Assembly: GCA_037447605.1 (NCBI GenBank)
Contig: CM074811.1
Span: forward strand, 1,364,001-1,428,000
Length of the DNA stretch: 64,000 nucleotides
DNA from: Zygnema circumcarinatum SAG 698-1b
Lineage: Eukaryota > Plantae > Zygnematophyceae
Direction of reading: 5' to 3'
The notes below the pieces were generated by a model, which was given only the letters and a program-made list of their open reading frames with translations, did no database searches and was not told the origin of the DNA. The position numbers were made by a program, and so were the translations under genes. Positions 56,765 through 64,000 of the stretch are shown in pieces. Numbering within the stretch: the first letter of the stretch is position 1; each line of letters begins with the position of its first letter.

Positions 56765-59367
56765 ATGGATGCAATGGCTGTGCACCAGTCTCCTAAAGAC
56801 AGGTGTCGCAAGCATTTGCAGGTGAGTGGTCGGGGTTGGCGTGTATGTGGGATTTGAAGCCCTTAATAAAGAATGTTGCAGAATGAAGCAGGTGAAGCGC
56901 GGCAGTGTCTGCGAGTGAAGAGAGGAACATGTTCATTATCAGGTTTTCTTCGAGGAGCAACAGCGCGTTGTCTGAGTTCTTGCAGGATGCTGAGCGGCTT
57001 GGACGTATGCTGAATTGCGCCCTACCAGAAATGATCTCCAACTTCAAAGAAGGCACGGAATTGCTTGAGCAGCGAGTGCGGGATTTGGAAGAGCAGCTGA
57101 AGGCTGAGAGACGGGAAAAGGAAGAGGCGAAGGAGCAGTTGGAGGCCTTGGAAAAGAAGCTGTCCCTCAGACAGCATAGCTTAGGACGTAATCAGGTGCT
57201 TCCGTCAATAGGAAGTACCATTGGGGGAGAGCAGGTTGTGTCTCTTTCGATGACCCGCGTGGAGTCTGTGTCAAGAATGGCGGAACCCACTACGGCAACT
57301 CTGACTGAAGTGCACAGACATTTGCAAGAACAGATGCAGTTTCAGGAGCAAATGCAGTTGCAAGAGCAAATGCAGTTGCAAGAACAACATCAGCAGCATC
57401 GTAAGGAGCAGCAGCATCTGCAGCTGCAAATGAACAAGTCATCGCAGTTGCGAATGGACCTTCCCATTAAATTGGAGCAGCAGCACATCCATCTCGAGCT
57501 GCACCCGCTGGTTGAGCCAGTGCAGCAGATTCAGCAGCAATTCAGCCAGGGTCTGATGGATATGTCGAACCCCGCAAGCGCGAATCAGCTGCAGCATCAG
57601 CAGCATCTGCAGCAGGTGCTCGGCCTGGGACTCGCAGAGCCACAGCAGCAGCTACAACAACTTGAGCAGCCGTGTGGAGTTGATGTGAAACTCCATTCAG
57701 TTTCAGAGTCTCAGCAGCTTTCTCCGCAGATGCAGATAGATATGAGTGTGTCTGACTCGCAGCAACTGCAGAAGTCTGGACCTGTTCTGGATAGCGGAGC
57801 CTTGCAACCGCAGGTGCGACAGCAGATGTGCATGGAAGCTGCTTCTCCGAATAGCACTACCACCCTGTTCTCCATGTCGACATGTGGCAGTAATTCGTTG
57901 GTGCAGATGAATATTGGGGAGGCCATGGAGCAGCCTGGGCTACTAGGAGGGGATCCTTCACAATTGAGTCAGTTGGCAAACGATGCGTCTCAAATGCCTC
58001 CACACAGGGAAGTTACGATGTCGGATGTGCAATCAGCGCACCTTGTGCAGGCCTCCCTTGCTTCACAGCTTACAGGACCAGGGTACACGGTCGAAATGCA
58101 TGCACAGTCCGAGCAGCAGAGTATGCCGCTTGAATTGCCTCGGACAGGCGACTTCCAGCAGACTCATGCGCAGCAACAACACAATATACAGCAAGTGCAA
58201 GTCCAACCAATGCAACCGTTTCAGCTTCAGCACCAGCAGCAGCAACTGCAGCAACTACAGCTTCAGCAGCAACAGCAGCAACATCTCCAGCAGCAAAACG
58301 AATCACAGCAGTCGCAATCTGTTATCCAGCAGCAACTGCAGCAATTTCAGCAGCAGCAGCAGCAAGACCAGCACCAAATGGAGCTGCAGAAACAGGAGAT
58401 GTTGTCGCAGATTCCTCAGCAGTCCCAAGGTGTTGCGGACATTCAGATGCAGCTTCACGAGAGTCAACAGCAACACTTGCAGCAGCCAACTGAGAAGGAG
58501 AGACAGCAAATGCATTTGCAGCATGTGGAGATGGAGAGGCATCAGCAGCAGCAGCAGCAGCACCATCACGCCCAGATGCTGCAGGCGGAGCGTCAGAAAC
58601 AGCAACAACAACAGCAGATGGAATTCCAGCAACATCAGCAGCAGCAGTCGGGCCAACAGCATGTGTCGGATTCCCCGATGGTGCCTGTAATTTCGAGTGT
58701 GCAAAGTGCTGTATTTCTTTCTTCTCCCTCTCCAGCTGCCCTGAGCACAGTGCAGCTACCTGGTCCAATATTTAGCCACATTCCTCGACTTGCTGCATTG
58801 CAGTCAGCAGTCATGCCTCTTAATTCCCCTTCCTCCTCCCTGCTTCCCTCTAGATGTAGTACACCCGGTTCTTCAGAGCAGCCCTTTCAACCTCCCGTGT
58901 CTATCCACCAGCTACACCTTCCAGAACCTCCAGAAGCTGACGAAGGTGCATTACTGGCCAGGGCTCCTGAAAAGGGGCAAATGTTGAAGGCCGTAATGGA
59001 GTGTGGACCCGTTATTCTGAGCCTCATGCAGCCTGCCCCGGGCCCTCCATTCGGCCTACAAGGAGCAGGCGGAATCCCGGTGCCAACAACAAGTGCAACT
59101 CATATGGCTTTGACAGGCCACCTGCCCCCTCAGCTCCCGGGCCAAATCAACCCTCAAGTGGCAGGGCAACTTCTTACGGCAAGTGGTCAAATTGCAGCTG
59201 CGTATCCGCCAGGACTTGGTTTGGCGCCTGGTCTCGAGATGCGTATGGCAAATGGCAGGAGAGCGGTACGCCTGCCCTTCCATTCACCCAACCATATTCC
59301 TCTCCATGGGCCCCATTTCAATGGCGGCTTCTTACCCCCCATACATGTTCCTCCGGTCTTAATGTAG
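56765..59367 (+). CDS. DUF1635-like protein with an N-terminal coiled coil and a very long Gln-rich insertion
   Basis: Exon 1 56765-56821 (MDAMAVHQSPKDRCRKHLQ, donor GTGAGT) joins in phase 0 to 56986-59367. Coiled coil LLEQRVRDLEEQLKAERREKEEAKEQLEALEKK; late motif RAPEKGQMLKAVMECGPVILSL resembles the DUF1635 LPEKGKLLQAVMEAGPLLQTLL block as recalled. Confidence 0.6.
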
Positions 59368-59885
59368 CCTTCCAACGGGGTGTCAGCATGAGGAGGTGGC
59401 AAGCAGCTTTGCCTCTCACTGACATCGTTAGGAGGACGAAACATGTTTGTTGTTGTTGCATTATGTTTTCTAGTTTGTGCTTTGCTAGCATCTCTCCGAC
59501 AAAAGTTTAAAGTCGCTGCTAGGTTGACATAGTACTTTTCCTTGTCTTTCAGACATCCGCAAAGTCCTCCCTTCAGCTCTTTATAGTCCCTCAGTCCTAT
59601 GTAGTCCCTCCGCCCTATAGGCCTCCATTCGTTTCACCCCCCCTGCATTAAATTCAGTCCTTGCTGGCTGTCCTCCTGCAAGCGGTCGGTGGGAGACTTG
59701 GACCTAGTGATGTATGATTCATGTGTACCATATGTGGCCGGATTTAGGACATCCGGCTAACTGAGAAAGTCTAAGTAGACGCTTGTTGTTTTTGCGGCTT
59801 GTACGCCCTCCCATGTATTGTACTTGATGAGGGTGATAAGCGCACCCCATTCGTCCTTGGCAGTTTGCTAGGCAAGTAGACCCCG

Positions 59886-59921
59886 CCCTGGACAGCCCTG
59901 GACCCTGGACCCTGGACAGCC
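59886..59921 (+). repeat. Short CCCTGGA(CAG) tandem repeat in the 3' region between convergent genes
   Basis: ccctggacagccctggaccctggaccctggacagcc read directly. Confidence 0.8.
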
Positions 59922-61113
59922 AGGACTGCTCGTGCAGATTGCCAGTTTTCGGTTCATTTGAGCTTTTTACTGCAGTCGTAAGTTATTGGTCATCAGCCAA
60001 ACTCAATGTCCAGGAAGCTTTGCTTTGAGCTTCCTCTGTACGTTTTCAGAGTTGAAAGATTGTGATCCAAGGCAGCCGCAGCGGTCTTGGTCATTCTTGC
60101 CAGTAGAACTGTAGTTAGCTGAATTGTTTGGAATTGTACCTCGCCACCAGAACGCAATAGTTTTGGTGTTTCTCCTGGGCGACTGTCTTCTCCGCTCTGT
60201 GTGGGACTCATGGCGGCACTGCTGGGTATCTGGTGGCACACTCTTATCTTAACTTTTGGCTATTGACCTCTGGCAGCATTCTTATTGCCAGCATGCACGC
60301 TGATTCCTGCAACTGTGTGGTGCCGTTGTAATTTAGCAAGCAGAGACTTTCGAGGGACGTGTGCATGAGGATAAAATGCACATATTTTGCCTGCCAGTAG
60401 TCAGAATTTGCCCTTCAATAATAGTAGCTGGCGTGTTTCTGACAATGTCATTGGAATCCCGTACTTCATGACGACCGTGCGCGTTACTTGACACTGGAAT
60501 TGCAACTCTGCATGTGACGATGGCCGTCACCTATTCCGACCTCATGTCCCCATAGCATGGCCCATGCAAGCATGCAGGTGTCCGGCCTTTGCTCACAACA
60601 TATCCATGCAGGCATGTCCCTTGTTGGGGTTTGTCCTTAATGCTTTTTCCTAAAAACTAATTGAAGAGCGCTTTAAGTCATGAGCTGCCGTAGCCCAAAA
60701 TTGAGGCGCATGATCACAGAAACAAAACCATCTCACATTTGATTCTTCTTTTTTTCCCTTCTGTTCTGAAGCCCTAGCGACCACGCGGCAGCTCGAGAAT
60801 ACGAAGATCAGTTCAGGTCCACTTTGTGGCCACAAAGTGGGCGATGCCAGTGATGCGATGGAAAGAAGAAACCTCATGTCGTCTGAAGGTGGTTCTTTAG
60901 AGGTGAAGGGCAGACCGCAGCGTTGATAAGCATGTCAGCTCATTCGGCAGTGCATTCATTATTCCTCGGGCGGTAAAGTAAACCTCACTAATACAGAAGG
61001 CTGGATCCGTAACTAAGCCAAGGAACGGGGACGAGAGCAAAAATCAAAGGAGAGAGCGAGCGTGCAATTGAATGATCGCCTAAGCGCTGCCCATCACCAC
61101 CTACACAAGAAGC

Positions 61114-64000
61114 CTATTCAGCCGCTGCAGGAACTGGGCCCGGCCCTCGTGGTGGCCCCCCTCCCCCTCCCCCTCCTCCACGAGGCCCCCCATGGCCAGA
61201 AGTACCTCCCCCTCTCCTTGCGCCTCTGCTACCGCTTCCCATCCCCTCTCCACCTGTCCTCCTCACTGGTTCACCCCCTATCCCTCTCTCACCTGCCTGC
61301 CCTAAACCCTGACCTTGACCTTGACCTTGCCCGCTCGGGCCTTGTAGGTTAGGCCCACCTGGGCCAGGTCTACCTGGACCACCACCCGGTCCACGGCTGC
61401 GATTCTGAGGTCCATCACGTTCCCCTCCCCTGTCAGGGCCAGGCTGACCCCGCCCCCCCATACGCCCACCTCCTCCATACGCCTGTCCTCTCCCCATACG
61501 AAGATTATTATCATTCCGAAATGGTCGGTCTCCTCGGACATTTTGGCCTCCTCGCCCGCCGCGATAACCTGCCAGTTTCGGTTTGATTATTATTTAGCCA
61601 GTCAAGCCTCAGGATTGATGATGCATCATGTGTAAGGAGAACAGACGTAACCAACTCAGCCAAATTCGCATGCACGGATTATAAATGAACAGACAATAGG
61701 GAGAGGGTTGTGGGGGGACAATGGGGGGTATCATACTTGGCTTCCCGTTCTGAAATCCGAGTTTGCTCAAATTGATATGGTCCAGGGTTAGAATCCGTAG
61801 CAAGCAAATTCAGATTCTAGAACCCAAGCAAATTCGGACCAGAACGCGAAGCTAAGTCTGAAACCCCCTAATGAATGCACATCAAAAGGACATAAAATAC
61901 TAAAGAAAAGTCCAAAGGAGTTGAAGAACCCGGAAACACTTAAGTAGATTGGGTCGGCATTGAGGAAAAACTCACTCTTGTTGACTCCCATGGCTCTCTT
62001 CTCCTCAATCCTCACAAGAAAGGTCCCCACTGTAATGGTGCCTTTCTGCAAGAGCCATACCAAAGCTTGACGTAAAACAAATTGCCGCACACATTTTCTC
62101 AACAAAACTGCAAAACATCCAAGTTCAAGATAACTGAACATCCCGTGTGTAAGAGCCAGAGCAATAAGGTACCCGAAGGACCCAATACTCTAGCAAAATG
62201 CATAGAGGGAAGTGTGCATAGGATAGATCTGTTAATTTGAAAAGTAGGACTCACCTCCACTGCAGCTTGGGCGGATGCCATGTCTTCAAATTCCACAAAT
62301 GCAAAACAGGAATTTGTGTTCTGTGCCGTTCCACAGAGTTCTGCCGTCAGAAATAGTGGATCACATAACTAGACATTGGTGCCATCCATCAAACAGCTTA
62401 CACTGACCTCAGCTAGTATACATGATGCTTTTTGGACGAAAAAATCCCTTTAACACCAAGAAAGCGACATCGGCATTTATGATAGACAAATCTGAAGACT
62501 TTCCCAAGTATGCATATCAGATGATCATATAGACCTGTAAGTAATGCTCTTGCCAAGGTTGACAAGAAGAAATGAGATTAAGGAGTCACCTGCGCCTTCC
62601 CCCTAATTTGGATGTGATTCAACTTAACGGTACCGAACTGTTGCACAATCTCAGCAAGGTCTGCGTTTGTAATCTGTAAGGGAAGATTCTTCAAGAAGAC
62701 AGAACGTGCATCTGTTCAGATACAAACAACTAATTAGTAATGGAGCCAACCAAAAAGTAGAGTGTCCAAGGCAAAGTAATTCAACCTAAATTTCTTTCAG
62801 AGGCAATTTGCTTCTTCGTAAATTTCTTTCATGAGCAATTCGCAGAACGTCAGGCACAAGAGCACAGACGAAGTCACATTCAGAAAAAGGCTTGTTCCCA
62901 AGCTGTTCCTACATGTGCAGGTACGGCAGCAACCTAGCCACTTGGAATGAAAGAAAACATACCTCGTTCATTATACCGGTTCTCCTGTGGAGGAGCAGCA
63001 GCTGAACACCGTCAAATCGACAAAAAAACAAAGAAGGAACACCTAATTAGAAACCTTCATGCACTTTGTTTACGGCAAGAATGCTATGCAACAAAACAAA
63101 ACTCAAGCACATACATTACAGCAAGTTCAATTGCTACAAACGCAAGATTAGTTACAAGGGCTTGAATGATAAAGCGATAGAAACGAGGGGCACATGATTT
63201 GAGTCATGTTAGTTGTTGCCTCTTTCATCAACTGACCTTCAACCTCTGTAGTAGACGCATCTTCCAGATTCTCTTCAATAGGTACTGCAGCAGGAGTGGA
63301 TGGTGGGGGTGGTTGAATCGGAGCCGCTGCTTGCGGCTCTGACGAGCTCACATCTGTAGCAGGAAAAGGCGAAGCTCTGTTCGAGGCCTCGGCAGGCCTT
63401 GCAGGCGATGGCTGGGCCTGCGGCTGCTGTGGTAGCTGAATACCAGCCTGCTTCATGGTAAGCTGCGCAATACATGCATTTTGATCAGCGTCCCTGTTTC
63501 AAAAAAAAAAACTGATTAATACAGAGCCCCTCAGGTTGAAAATTCTTCCACTTACCACTGACGCATAAGAGAACTTCTTCGGCTTGTCTCCTGAGGCTTC
63601 TTCCTGCGCTATTTCAACTGTGGTGGCATCTGGCTCTGGAAGAGGCTGCTGCGATGGCACATCAACCACAGTGGCTGCCGTTTCTGTGTCCTGGATGCCG
63701 ACCTCTCCAGTCAACTCTTCTTCCACTTCAACGTACTCCTCTGCCTCCTCGGTCGGATTAAGTTCTGTCGGTTCTACCACCTCTGAAACATCTGTTTCAA
63801 CAAGTTCCTCCGGATGCTCGTCCACCATCACTTCGTGTACCACATGCTCCGCGACTGGCATTATTGGCACTGTGAGAAAGACAGGACAGAACGGCGAGGG
63901 CCTAAAGTGAATTTTAAGGACACACTCTTGCCTAAACGAGCCGTCTTTTAACGTGCGTATGACCATAGCTAAAATCAAAAGATGAAAGCTGGTCAAATCA
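61114..64000 (-). CDS. G3BP: G3BP-like protein (acidic region, RRM, RGG tail); the N-terminal NTF2 domain is presumably outside the window
   Basis: Acidic exon ending KPKKFSYASV; Pro/Gln-rich linker; RRM exons (ARSVFLKNLPLQITNADLAEIVQQFG; CFAFVEFEDMASAQAAVE; ITVGTFLVRIEEKR); RGG-rich last exon with the stop at 61114. Confidence 0.88.

Noticed and set aside
54479-56811. Multiple 100-310 aa overlapping ORFs on both strands
   Set aside because: They arise from extreme GC content and tandem repeats, show no domain signatures, and overlap in all frames.
57711-58768. Alternative-frame and antisense ORFs (poly-Ser, poly-Leu, poly-Ala) over the Q-rich gene
   Set aside because: They are shadows of the CAG/CAA-rich coding strand.

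Overview
This is gene-dense eukaryotic nuclear DNA from a green plant (a streptophyte, since the gene set has land-plant-type orthologues; the lineage cannot be fixed from sequence alone). I can support about 16 protein-coding genes, mostly spliced with GT-AG introns: SKIP/SNW1 (5'-truncated), a divergent pair of uncharacterised acidic proteins, SEC23D-like, DUF819, EMB2759-like, V-ATPase subunit C, EAPP, TRAUCO/ASH2, mitoribosomal mL46, TCAIM-like, a hypothetical organelle-targeted protein, a presequence-bearing single-dsRBD protein, a NIGT1/HHO GARP transcription factor, a Q-rich DUF1635-like protein and a G3BP-like protein (NTF2 end outside the window). No rRNA, tRNA, CRISPR array or autonomous transposon was found. 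The most striking non-coding signal is a dispersed family of foldback-like elements of about 390-520 bp. They are built from palindromic CAATGGTT-N2-5-AACCATTG modules, have imperfect terminal inverted repeats and a homologous spacer, and occur only between divergently transcribed genes (5368-5753, 54133-54656, solo arm at 34755). Other highlights: a protein motif (YPALSxSEKD) conserved between the two head-to-head acidic genes despite near-total synonymous divergence; a ~935 bp (GA)n tract; a 45-bp minisatellite with alternating (dimeric) structure; recurring promoter motifs (GCCACGTGGC; GTAC clusters plus telo-box); a P1BS/GAATC module upstream of the NIGT1/HHO gene; and a block of four putative mitochondrial genes. 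Exon coordinates and identity counts were derived by hand, and family assignments rest on recalled motifs rather than database searches.
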